Shown here: positions 31,234-39,224 of the stretch, piece after piece
Numbering within the stretch: position 1 is the stretch's first letter
How the letters are laid out: each line of letters opens with the position of its first letter
IMG/VR virus record: IMGVR_UViG_3300037467_000561
DNA: 64,000 nt
DNA from: a virus
Direction: 5' to 3' (one strand)
The notes under the pieces: generated by a model
Database searches by the model: none
What the model was told of the DNA's origin: nothing
What the model saw: the letters and a program-made list of their open reading frames with translations, nothing else
Made by a program: the position numbers and the translations under genes

Positions 31234-32231
31234 TTGAAGTAATTGGTAAAGCCAACATTGTTGCACGTATCCTCGCGGACAGCATTAACGAGCAGGGCAA
31301 TCGTCTTACTACTTGGGAAGTGGAATACGCAAGAGTAGTTCACGCCGATTTGATGACTCATCGGATGTTCTCTCGTAACGCAGCAAGTAGCCGCGCAATT
31401 CCGTTCAACAAAATGGTTGAGCAGTTGCGGGGAATGCCTGTGCGGTTTGGTGCAAATCAAAGTGGCATGCAGGACAGGGGCGAAGGTCATGATGGTCTTA
31501 TTGATCTTTGGACGGAACCATCAGGGATCGGTGAGAGCGGGTACTACTCTTGCTATGAGCCAGAAGAGGCATGGGAAGCGGCGCGTATTTCGGCTACAGG
31601 GTTTGCGCGCGCATTCCAAGAAGCGGGCTACCACAAACAAGTTTTCAATCGACTAGTCGAGCCATTCCAGATGATGAAGACAATCATCTCTGCAACAGAA
31701 ACTGCAAATTTCTTCTGGCTTCGTGATGACAAGGCTGCTGATCCTACGATTGCAGAACTTGCACGAGTGATGAAAGAGGCTCAAGAGCGGAGCGTCCCGG
31801 AACTTCTGAAGGCGGGTGAGTATCATTTGCCTTATATCGACATCATGCGTGGTAACGGCAAGCGTGGTTACTCTATCCGTGTTGGTAATACGGATATGGC
31901 ACAAGTCCTCACGGCTGAACAAGCCATCAAAGTTTCTTGCGCTCGCTGTGCAGCCGTCTCCTACCGCAATGAAGGGTATGGGTTGGAGAAGAGTTTAGAA
32001 GTGTATGAGAGGCTGCTTGGCAGCGATAAAAAGCATGCTTCTGCGTTTGAACATGTCGCTACTCCTATGAAAACTCCGCATTTCTACAATGGGACCAATA
32101 TGGCTTGTTTGCCGGGAACGTGGGAGAATGGTGTCAGCCACATGGATCGTGATGGCAATCTGTGGAGCGGCAACTTCTGCGGCTGGATTCAGTATCGTAA
32201 GACGATTGATGGCGAAAATTATTCTGCTTGA
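31230..32231 (+). CDS. thyX: FAD-dependent thymidylate synthase ThyX
   Basis: 333 aa. ThyX signature THRMFSRNAASSRA (RHRxxSxxxxSxR). GTG start overlapping TGA. Confidence 0.85.
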   Translation: MIEVIGKANIVARILADSINEQGNRLTTWEVEYARVVHADLMTHRMFSRNAASSRAIPFNKMVEQLRGMPVRFGANQSGMQDRGEGHDGLIDLWTEPSGIGESGYYSCYEPEEAWEAARISATGFARAFQEAGYHKQVFNRLVEPFQMMKTIISATETANFFWLRDDKAADPTIAELARVMKEAQERSVPELLKAGEYHLPYIDIMRGNGKRGYSIRVGNTDMAQVLTAEQAIKVSCARCAAVSYRNEGYGLEKSLEVYERLLGSDKKHASAFEHVATPMKTPHFYNGTNMACLPGTWENGVSHMDRDGNLWSGNFCGWIQYRKTIDGENYSA

Positions 32232-32256
32232 CATCCCCTCATCAATTCTGTATCCT
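32228..32256 (+). promoter_or_regulatory. sigma70-type promoter TTGACA-17-TATCCT
   Basis: TTGACAtcccctcatcaattctgTATCCT. The thyX TGA lies inside the -35. The first 14 nt are identical to the promoter at 18250-18278 (-). Confidence 0.45.
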
Positions 32257-32308
32257 GTGTCTTGCGCTGAAACACAGCGCTCTTACAACCCTTAAGAAAG
32301 GCAATAAT

Positions 32309-32665
32309 ATGAAGAAAATTACTGTAGCAAAGGCTACCATCACCGCCGCATTCCTGGCTCTTTACGGTGCTGTCGCATTTGCACAAGGTCTGCCTGTCTC
32401 GGCATCTTACGAAGCCCCTGTTTCAGCATCTGCTGTCGCTGATGATGTATCCTCGCCGAGCGTGTCCGCAACGGCAACTGCACAGGATGTCAGCGCACCG
32501 TACATCGGCGCTATGGATTGCTGCACGGTGTCCAATCCTGTCTCGTCCCCACGAATGGCTGCACAGGATGATGGTAGTGATTCTCTCGCAATGGCTGGCT
32601 TGGGCTTCGGACTGTTTGGTCTGGTGGGCGTGACTAAATGGTCGCGTCGGAAGAAGCAGAAGTAA
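32309..32665 (+). CDS. exported Ser/Ala/Val-rich protein with C-terminal TM plus basic tail (sorting-signal-like)
   Basis: ATG 32309. Signal peptide KATITAAFLALYGAVAFA. Repeats PVSAS/SSPSVSAT. C-terminus SLAMAGLGFGLFGLVGVTKWSRRKKQK. Confidence 0.6.
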   Translation: MKKITVAKATITAAFLALYGAVAFAQGLPVSASYEAPVSASAVADDVSSPSVSATATAQDVSAPYIGAMDCCTVSNPVSSPRMAAQDDGSDSLAMAGLGFGLFGLVGVTKWSRRKKQK

Positions 32666-32696
32666 TGCTCTTACGAGCATGTAATCTGTAGAGGGA

Positions 32697-32720
32697 GGGG
32701 CGAAAGCCCCTTTCATTTTA
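32697..32720 (+). terminator. intrinsic terminator
   Basis: GGGGC-gaaa-GCCCC followed by TTTCATTTT. Confidence 0.75.
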
Positions 32721-32734
32721 ACTAAGGAGAAACC

Positions 32735-32971
32735 ATGAAGAAAATCATTCTGTGCGCAGCTATCGCGATCCTTGCAACGGGCTGTTCCAGCTACGATCAC
32801 AAGCTTTGCCGTGACAGTGTAGTACGCGAAGTGGGAACTCAGGAAGTGTTTGAGGTCACTCCATATCGATTTGTCGCTCGCGATTCCAAAGGCAATGTGT
32901 GGTATTACGAGACTATGAATCAGTTGGATGCTCAAGTCAGTAAGAAGCAACCCGTGTTTGGTGTGCAATGA
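32735..32971 (+). CDS. lipoprotein (78 aa)
   Basis: AAGGAG RBS. Lipobox MKKIILCAAIAILATGC. Confidence 0.7.
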   Translation: MKKIILCAAIAILATGCSSYDHKLCRDSVVREVGTQEVFEVTPYRFVARDSKGNVWYYETMNQLDAQVSKKQPVFGVQ

Positions 32972-33141
32972 CCTTCCGCCCCACACACCGTGTCATCGTT
33001 GAGAATGACGAGCACGAATATGCACTAGGTACTCTTGTGAAGCGAACGTTTTCTTTTGGAGAGTCTGTCGCTTATGCTTGGTATGTTGATGAGGAAGGTA
33101 TGTGTCAGATTATGAATATTACGGAATTGGAGGGTGTATGA
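32968..33141 (+). CDS. hypothetical protein (57 aa), below the track cutoff
   Basis: ATGA coupled at both ends. Confidence 0.4.
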   Translation: MTFRPTHRVIVENDEHEYALGTLVKRTFSFGESVAYAWYVDEEGMCQIMNITELEGV

Positions 33142-33359
33142 TTTTGTTATGTGTTCTTGTATTAGCTGTTATTTGGTTTGTTGTTGCTAGCGGCCGCCTG
33201 CTGCTTGTCAGCAAATATGTAAATCAACGCATTGAAGAAGTTTATTCTTCTCCTAATTGGTACAAGTTTGACGTTGATATCAATAAAGCGTATGACAGGG
33301 ATATCTGGGACTTGCGCAAATGGAAGTATCGCAGTTTCTTCCCGGAGGTGGTGAAATGA
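33138..33359 (+). CDS. membrane protein (73 aa)
   Basis: ATG 33138 after GGAGGG. MILLCVLVLAVIWFVVA. Confidence 0.5.
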   Translation: MILLCVLVLAVIWFVVASGRLLLVSKYVNQRIEEVYSSPNWYKFDVDINKAYDRDIWDLRKWKYRSFFPEVVK

Positions 33360-33541
33360 AATCAGTACTGTTAGCTGCTTTGGGTGCATTGTTGGGGTTC
33401 TTGATGGGCGCCTTCTATAATGCAGGCTTCGACATTGCATTGTGGTCTGACTCAAGCCGATTTGCAACATTGCTAGTAATGTCCATGCTTTCAATTCTTT
33501 TTGTGGCTGTCGATCAAATCATGAAAATAGGGGCGCCATGA
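33356..33541 (+). CDS. membrane protein (61 aa)
   Basis: ATGA coupling. Two hydrophobic segments. Confidence 0.5.
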   Translation: MKSVLLAALGALLGFLMGAFYNAGFDIALWSDSSRFATLLVMSMLSILFVAVDQIMKIGAP

Positions 33542-33693
33542 AACAAGTCTTTGAAGACCTAATTTTGTTCCTCAAGCTACAGCAGGATAATTTCTATTAC
33601 GACACTGTAGAGGGAACTGAAGAGTTTGATCCGAGTGCGCTTTGGAGTGAGATAAGGAGCTTCGCGTTGGAACTAGAGAAGCAAATTCATTAG
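33538..33693 (+). CDS. hypothetical protein (51 aa), below the track cutoff
   Basis: ATGA coupling. The stop overlaps the RBS of the primase gene. Confidence 0.4.
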   Translation: MKQVFEDLILFLKLQQDNFYYDTVEGTEEFDPSALWSEIRSFALELEKQIH

Positions 33694-33705
33694 GAGGGTT
33701 GATGA

Positions 33706-35478
33706 TTGTCTGAAATTGCTGAGAAGTATGGTATTGATCTGACTCGCGACCATAAGACTGGCTGTCCCAGGTGCATCCGCGAAGGGCGAGATAGCAGCCG
33801 TAACAATCTACATGTTTATGGAAATACAGAGTCAGCGTTTTGTTTTGCGTGCTCTTGGACGATCCCAAGTAAAGAGCACCGCGAAGCTATGGGATGGGTT
33901 GAAACAGAAGAGGAGGAAGAATTGAGCACTAAGGAAAAGCTCACGCAGGCTGAGATTGATCTTTTTAAAAGTTACACAGGAGAGTCCGGCAAGGGTGCAC
34001 GGGGTATTAGTGACAACACGTACAAGCACTATGCTGTGCGTACAAAGTATGACACTGAGACAGGTGAACCTGACACGCAATACTATCCTTATTTTGAGGA
34101 CGGCTCTCTGGCAGGTCTGAAGTTGCGGAAGCTCCCGAAGTCATTCAGTGTACAAGGGCGGGTTAATGCTAATTCTGAGTTGTTCGGGTATTTCCGGTAT
34201 AAGAATAGCAATTCCAAGATTATCTGCCTCTGCGCCGGGGAGATCGATACTATGTCTCTCAGGGATGCATTGGTCAACTATGCCAAGAATAAAGGTAGCG
34301 ATTGGGAGGAAACGCCAGTTGTGGGGTTAGGGCTTGGCGAAAGCGGTAGCAACAAAATGGTCGCCGCTCATTATGATTGGTTCGACCGTGCAGATAAAAT
34401 TATTTACTTTGCAGACCAAGATGAACCCGGTCAAGATGCTATTCCTGGCATCGTCAAAGCTCTGCCACATGGCAAAGTCTTTATTGCTAAGTTCAATGCT
34501 AAGGATGTTAATGAGCTTTTGATGAAAGGTCGCGAGAAGGAAATCATCAATGCCTTCTTCTCTGCATCTAAATACGTCCCTCCTGGCCTCGTTGGCAGCA
34601 GTCAGATGTACGACAAGATTGTTGAGGCCGCGAAGGCTCCGAAAGTACCATTCCCACCATTTATGCGGGAATTGAACGACATGACAGGTGGTGGCATGGA
34701 CCTGAAGACGGCTGTGGCAATCTCTGCATCTACTGGCTTGGCGAAAAGTACGCTGATTAATGCCGCTGTTTATTTCTGGCTTTTCAACAGCACCTATAAG
34801 ATTGGTGCCATTTCTATGGAGCAGTCTGCTGCACAGTATGGTGAGCTTATGCTTTCAACTCACTGTGGCCGTAAGATCGGTAAGATGCTACCAGAAGAGA
34901 AGCTGGAGTACCTGATGAGTGAGTATGTTCAGACGAAGCAGCGAGAGCTATTCTACAACGAGGATGGTTCCGACCGTTGGGTTGTTCTCGATGAGCGCGA
35001 CAACTCTTTGGAAGCTATGAAGGCTAAAATTCTTGAGCTTATTGTGGCTTGTGGTTGTCAGATTTTGGTGCTGGATACACTGTCGGACATGTTGGACGCA
35101 ACCACCGTGGAAGAACAACAGGACTTCACCAAGTGGATGAAGCAGATTCTCAACAAGTACGACGTGTTGATCCTGTTGATTTGCCATCAGCGCAAGGCAG
35201 CGAGTGGGCAGAAAGACGGCAGTAAAGGTGCGATGGGGTCTGAATCGGATATTCAAGGTTCCTCGACAATCGTAAAAAGTGTGGCGCTAAATCTTATGCT
35301 GTCCCGCGATAAGCTTGCTGAAGATGTGCTGACACGCAATACCACGATTGTCGCTTTGACCAAGAACCGCACAGGTTCGGAAACTTCCAACGAAGCTTGC
35401 AAAATTTACTACGACGCTGAGACTCACAGTTTACATTCACTGCAAGATTGGTTGGAGAAGAACCCTAACCAGTTCTAA
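33706..35478 (+). CDS. bifunctional DNA primase / DnaB-family helicase (T7 gp4-like)
   Basis: 590 aa, TTG start 8 nt after GGAGG. Zn finger CPRC...CFAC. TOPRIM-like CAGEIDTMS...FADQDEPGQDA. Helicase Walker A SASTGLAKST and Walker B ILVLDTLSD. Confidence 0.85.
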   Translation: MSEIAEKYGIDLTRDHKTGCPRCIREGRDSSRNNLHVYGNTESAFCFACSWTIPSKEHREAMGWVETEEEEELSTKEKLTQAEIDLFKSYTGESGKGARGISDNTYKHYAVRTKYDTETGEPDTQYYPYFEDGSLAGLKLRKLPKSFSVQGRVNANSELFGYFRYKNSNSKIICLCAGEIDTMSLRDALVNYAKNKGSDWEETPVVGLGLGESGSNKMVAAHYDWFDRADKIIYFADQDEPGQDAIPGIVKALPHGKVFIAKFNAKDVNELLMKGREKEIINAFFSASKYVPPGLVGSSQMYDKIVEAAKAPKVPFPPFMRELNDMTGGGMDLKTAVAISASTGLAKSTLINAAVYFWLFNSTYKIGAISMEQSAAQYGELMLSTHCGRKIGKMLPEEKLEYLMSEYVQTKQRELFYNEDGSDRWVVLDERDNSLEAMKAKILELIVACGCQILVLDTLSDMLDATTVEEQQDFTKWMKQILNKYDVLILLICHQRKAASGQKDGSKGAMGSESDIQGSSTIVKSVALNLMLSRDKLAEDVLTRNTTIVALTKNRTGSETSNEACKIYYDAETHSLHSLQDWLEKNPNQF

Positions 35479-35481
35479 GAT

Positions 35482-35510
35482 TTGACAAGAAGGTGGTCTT
35501 ACTGTATAAT
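35482..35510 (+). promoter_or_regulatory. perfect sigma70 promoter TTGACA-17-TATAAT
   Basis: TTGACAagaaggtggtcttactgTATAAT, 4 nt after the primase-helicase stop. Confidence 0.75.
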
Positions 35511-35540
35511 AGGTTTTTAAACAGAGAGAATAACAATATT

Positions 35541-36818
35541 ATGCAGAAGCCACCTAGCGTGAAAGTAGGAGATAAGTTTACCAACAAATCTGGTGACGTA
35601 GTAACAATTGTAGAATACGTCACCTCGAAAAAGATCACAATCGAGTACGAGGACGGTGTAAGGGTAGTGGCAAGACAAGGCAACTTGAACAGAGGGGCGT
35701 TCAAACATCCGACGAAGGGTAAGATTTTTGTGGGTGACAAATTTCCATCTGTTGACGGGGATATTGTAGAAGTTTTGGAGTATAACTCTTGCACAAATGT
35801 CTTAGTACGTTGGCCTGACGGGGAGGTATCAAAAACATACGCTGATATCCTCAAAGAAGGTAAATTGAAGCACCCCACTCGCGGTAAGATTTTTGTTGGT
35901 GATGTGTTCAAAACTAACAACGGGCATACTGTTACGGTAAAAGAATACATTGATGCCTGGAATGTTCGTGTCGTGTTTGAAGATGGTGAAGAAACTACGG
36001 TTCAGGCATCGAATCTTCGCAAGGGTGTAGTTGGACATCCTAAGTCTACGCTGCAAGTAGGTGAGAGGTTCGTCACGAAAAGTGGCTGGCCGTACACTGT
36101 TGTTGAGTACCGTAATGCGTGGGACGTTACGGTAGAATTTGAAGACGGATCGAGGCAGACAGCCTCCGCGCATGCTGCAAGGAATGGCGCCATCAAGCCA
36201 CAGAATCAGCCTAGCGTAGAGGGTATTGGTTATCTTGGCATCGGTCGATTTACTAGTGGCCTTCGTGAAAGTGGTGAAAAAGCAGATGAGTGCATTTATG
36301 GTTTCTGGATTAGGATGTTTAGTCGCTGCTACAATCCATACGAGTTGAACAAGCCACGTAACGCGCGTTACCGTGACATTCATATCGCAAAGGAGTGGCA
36401 CAACTTTCAAAACTTTGCCGAATGGGCATATCAACAGCCTTACGCATTTGCTGACGATGCTGAGCTTGATAAGGACTTGTTAAGCAACGGTGTAAAAATG
36501 TACTCGCCGGAAACTTGCACAATCGTACCACAAGAAATTAATCTTTTCTTGCTAGAACAAGACCGAGGAGAGTATTATCGTGGCGTGAATGTTATCAAGC
36601 CTAAGTGCCCAAACGCAAAGGTTGGATATGTTGCTAGAACTTGCACTGACAAGGGACGAGAATATCTTGGGTACTATAATACGCCAGAAGAGGCATTCTA
36701 CGCATACAAAGCCCGCAAGGAGCAATACGCCAAAGATCTTGCAGAAAAGTGGCGGGATAAGATTGACCCCCCCGCTTACGAAGCATTGATGAACTACACA
36801 GTAGAAATTACCGATTGA
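35541..36818 (+). CDS. free-standing homing endonuclease-like protein (4 N-terminal repeats, degenerate HNH_3-like core, AP2-like C-terminus)
   Basis: ATG 35541, downstream of the promoter. Four repeats VGD(K/V)F..(S/N)G..V(T/E)(I/V).EY......V.(F/Y)EDG. ELDKDLL...NLFL sits where HNH_3 has DH...N. YRGVN...GYVAR...REYLGYYNTPEEAFYAYKARKE is AP2-like. Confidence 0.65.
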   Translation: MQKPPSVKVGDKFTNKSGDVVTIVEYVTSKKITIEYEDGVRVVARQGNLNRGAFKHPTKGKIFVGDKFPSVDGDIVEVLEYNSCTNVLVRWPDGEVSKTYADILKEGKLKHPTRGKIFVGDVFKTNNGHTVTVKEYIDAWNVRVVFEDGEETTVQASNLRKGVVGHPKSTLQVGERFVTKSGWPYTVVEYRNAWDVTVEFEDGSRQTASAHAARNGAIKPQNQPSVEGIGYLGIGRFTSGLRESGEKADECIYGFWIRMFSRCYNPYELNKPRNARYRDIHIAKEWHNFQNFAEWAYQQPYAFADDAELDKDLLSNGVKMYSPETCTIVPQEINLFLLEQDRGEYYRGVNVIKPKCPNAKVGYVARTCTDKGREYLGYYNTPEEAFYAYKARKEQYAKDLAEKWRDKIDPPAYEALMNYTVEITD

Positions 36819-36844
36819 CACAGGCAGACTGACCATAGTACAAT
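36815..36844 (+). promoter_or_regulatory. sigma70-type promoter TTGACA-18-TACAAT
   Basis: TTGACAcaggcagactgaccatagTACAAT. The upstream TGA stop lies inside the -35. The ATG at 36843 lies inside the -10 and so is probably not a start codon. Confidence 0.5.
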
Positions 36845-36881
36845 GTCTGCTAACATTCTTAAGGAGAGAACTTTGATAGCA

Positions 36882-37451
36882 ATGAAATTTCGGGTGAACA
36901 GCCCAGAGCATTCTGAGCAGATTCAGAAAAAGTTGTTTGAGATGGGATATAAGTGGGCAGGGAATGCTAGCCTTCAGCACACTGACAAGCCTGCAATTTT
37001 CGCAGGGTTTTGGGGAAAGAAAGAAATGACATACGCATCTGACTTTCATGGTTTTGAAGACGAAGGAAAATATAATTGTCAAGAGTACATCCTAACTCCA
37101 CAAAACACTTTTGTGAAACGCTCCGAGTATTACAAGCAGCCTGAGACTCCTTGCAAGTGTGTTGTGTGCGAAGATCAACTACAAAACGCCGAACTTTATG
37201 CTGATCATGACTCAGACGTGGAAAACGAAGCACTCATCGAAAAGAAAAAAGGGTCTTGGAAGGATATTGTGTTCGGTCCTGAACTTACCTCCAAAGAAGA
37301 ACATCAACGTCTTCGTAAGATGGACATTCTTCGTGCAATGTTGAAGAAGCTTGAGCAGAAGGAAAATGTGCCGGATGAGTGGCATGAGGAGCTGAATCAG
37401 TTGATGTGGGAGCGGCAGAATAGTCTACAATTTATCAAGGAGAAGAACTAA
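36882..37451 (+). CDS. hypothetical protein (189 aa)
   Basis: ATG 36882. An alternative in-frame TTG at 36873 lies 6 nt after AAGGAG. MKFRVNSPEHSEQIQKK... Confidence 0.55.
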   Translation: MKFRVNSPEHSEQIQKKLFEMGYKWAGNASLQHTDKPAIFAGFWGKKEMTYASDFHGFEDEGKYNCQEYILTPQNTFVKRSEYYKQPETPCKCVVCEDQLQNAELYADHDSDVENEALIEKKKGSWKDIVFGPELTSKEEHQRLRKMDILRAMLKKLEQKENVPDEWHEELNQLMWERQNSLQFIKEKN

Positions 37452-38056
37452 TGAACGAGGGCGTATTGTCGACTTTTCTTGCAACAGACGCACAAATCAT
37501 CGAAAAGCAGAAAGCTGTCGCAGACAAAGTTCTTGGCAAACTTTTCGCTATCGATCCTTTTGCAATCTGCGCTGGTGGTGCACCTCGTGATTGGCACTTT
37601 GGTAAGCCTGCTACGGACTTGGACATTTTCTTTCACACAGGTGTTGAGCAGCTTACCATTGTTGCGGAGATGCTTCGCCATGTTGGCATCGACATTGATA
37701 GCGGAAAAGCTGGCGAGAACCTGCCAGAGTGGTACAAGCTGAACCCTGACCTCAACTGTGTGTATTCTGCTGCTGTAGACGGTGTGAATGTGCAGCTTAT
37801 GTTCATGCGGTACAAGACACAGGATACTGTCGTGCCACAGTTTCCATTCAGCATTTGCAAGGCGTGGTACAAGCATGGTACGATTACACTTGATCGAGAG
37901 TTTAAGGTGTGCGAGAAACACAAGATTATTGTGAAGACTGGTACGCTGTACAGTGACGAGCACAAGTATGTGCAGAAGATCAAGGCAAAGTTCCCTGACT
38001 GGCATTTCTGCAATACGTGGGAAGAAGCTTATAAGCATGCTTTTTATAAGGGGTGA
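37451..38056 (+). CDS. minimal pol-beta-type nucleotidyltransferase (CCA-adding/poly(A) polymerase head motif)
   Basis: 201 aa. CAGGAPRDWHFGKPATDLDIFF fits GGAxRDxxxGxxxxDxD of class II tRNA nucleotidyltransferases. No body or tail domains. Confidence 0.65.
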   Translation: MNEGVLSTFLATDAQIIEKQKAVADKVLGKLFAIDPFAICAGGAPRDWHFGKPATDLDIFFHTGVEQLTIVAEMLRHVGIDIDSGKAGENLPEWYKLNPDLNCVYSAAVDGVNVQLMFMRYKTQDTVVPQFPFSICKAWYKHGTITLDREFKVCEKHKIIVKTGTLYSDEHKYVQKIKAKFPDWHFCNTWEEAYKHAFYKG

Positions 38057-38218
38057 ATGATGGTTGATGTTAAAGAGCTTGTACGTGAGTACTACAACAT
38101 GGGCTTTGGAGTACAAGAGGTTGTGGCAGTTTTGAACATTAGCTTCAACAGCAACTACACCTGGGATCAAGTAGCAGACATGTACATGGAAATTGAATGC
38201 GAGGAGGAAGGCAAATGA
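38057..38218 (+). CDS. hypothetical protein (53 aa), below the track cutoff
   Basis: ATG 1 nt after the upstream stop. ATGA coupling downstream. Confidence 0.4.
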   Translation: MMVDVKELVREYYNMGFGVQEVVAVLNISFNSNYTWDQVADMYMEIECEEEGK

Positions 38219-38646
38219 AAGCAGCATTGTTGCAGCGACAACTGAAAATCAATGCAGATGTTCTGACAGGTTTGTACGAGGAGATTGCCAAGCTTCGTGC
38301 AGCGCGTAAGGCGTATAATGAGCGTGCTGATGAATTTGCTGAAATGAGCTTTTCTTTCGACCAAACTCTACAGCCTGAAAAATCTCGCGAGCACAGTGAG
38401 AAATCTGTAGCTTGTCGGGAACAAGCTGCTGTCTACACACCATACATTCGCAAGTTCAAGAAGAAGATCGCTGCTGTGGAGGAGGTTCAGCGGGAACTCA
38501 AACAGAAGTTGAAAGCTGAGCAATCGGTAGAAGCTTGGATGGCTGAGGAGAGCTACGAGTGGGACATTACCAAGTTTGCTAAAAAGCAGCTTTACCAGTT
38601 CAATGGTTATATGGATAGCGACGGTAACGTTGTTTGGGAGGAGTGA
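38215..38646 (+). CDS. hypothetical coiled-coil protein (143 aa)
   Basis: ATG 38215 after GAGGAGGAAG. Confidence 0.55.
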   Translation: MKAALLQRQLKINADVLTGLYEEIAKLRAARKAYNERADEFAEMSFSFDQTLQPEKSREHSEKSVACREQAAVYTPYIRKFKKKIAAVEEVQRELKQKLKAEQSVEAWMAEESYEWDITKFAKKQLYQFNGYMDSDGNVVWEE

Positions 38647-38870
38647 TGGACATCGAACTATTCACCAAAATCACTTTAGGCGTGACTGTTATATTCATTG
38701 TAGGGTTTCTCTATATTATTTTTGAGAGTGCTACGTCCCCAACCTTCAGCCTTGTAAAAAGCGAGTGGCAATGTACTGCGTCGCACACTCATCTTAGGCC
38801 ACAACCTACTGGTAAAACTGTAATGATTGTGCAAGAAAATGTTTGCGACAAATACGAAAGGGTAAAATAA
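38646..38870 (+). CDS. membrane protein (74 aa)
   Basis: ATG 38646 after GGAGGAG. ITLGVTVIFIVGFLYIIF. Confidence 0.5.
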   Translation: MDIELFTKITLGVTVIFIVGFLYIIFESATSPTFSLVKSEWQCTASHTHLRPQPTGKTVMIVQENVCDKYERVK

Positions 38871-39211
38871 TGGACAACCTACATTTCTTCATGTTCTCTT
38901 CTGGCGAGTATAGCGACTACTGCGTTGGCGGCATGTACGTTTGCGATCATATTGTTAATGCGGAGGGGTGGCGGCAGTTTGCCAAAGATAAGCAGGAGCA
39001 ACGGCAGAAAGTTCGCAATGATAGCATTCTTAAATATCGCGCTCGTACAGGAGAAGGCAGTACACTATATTATGGTGTGCATGAGGGCTGGTACGCGAGT
39101 GAGGAGTGCGAAGAATTCCGAAAATACTGCGATGAAAATTGTCCGAAAGACTTGTTCATCAAGGCGCATGGGATGCGGAAAGTTGAGTACACGGAACTTT
39201 GGGAATATTGA
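38870..39211 (+). CDS. hypothetical protein (113 aa)
   Basis: TAATG coupling. Confidence 0.55.
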   Translation: MDNLHFFMFSSGEYSDYCVGGMYVCDHIVNAEGWRQFAKDKQEQRQKVRNDSILKYRARTGEGSTLYYGVHEGWYASEECEEFRKYCDENCPKDLFIKAHGMRKVEYTELWEY

Positions 39212-39224
39212 TTAGGGAGGTTGT

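Noticed and set aside
37448-38227. 259-aa antisense ORF opposite the nucleotidyltransferase gene.
   Set aside because: The sense strand carries a clear catalytic motif and coupled starts. The antisense ORF has none.
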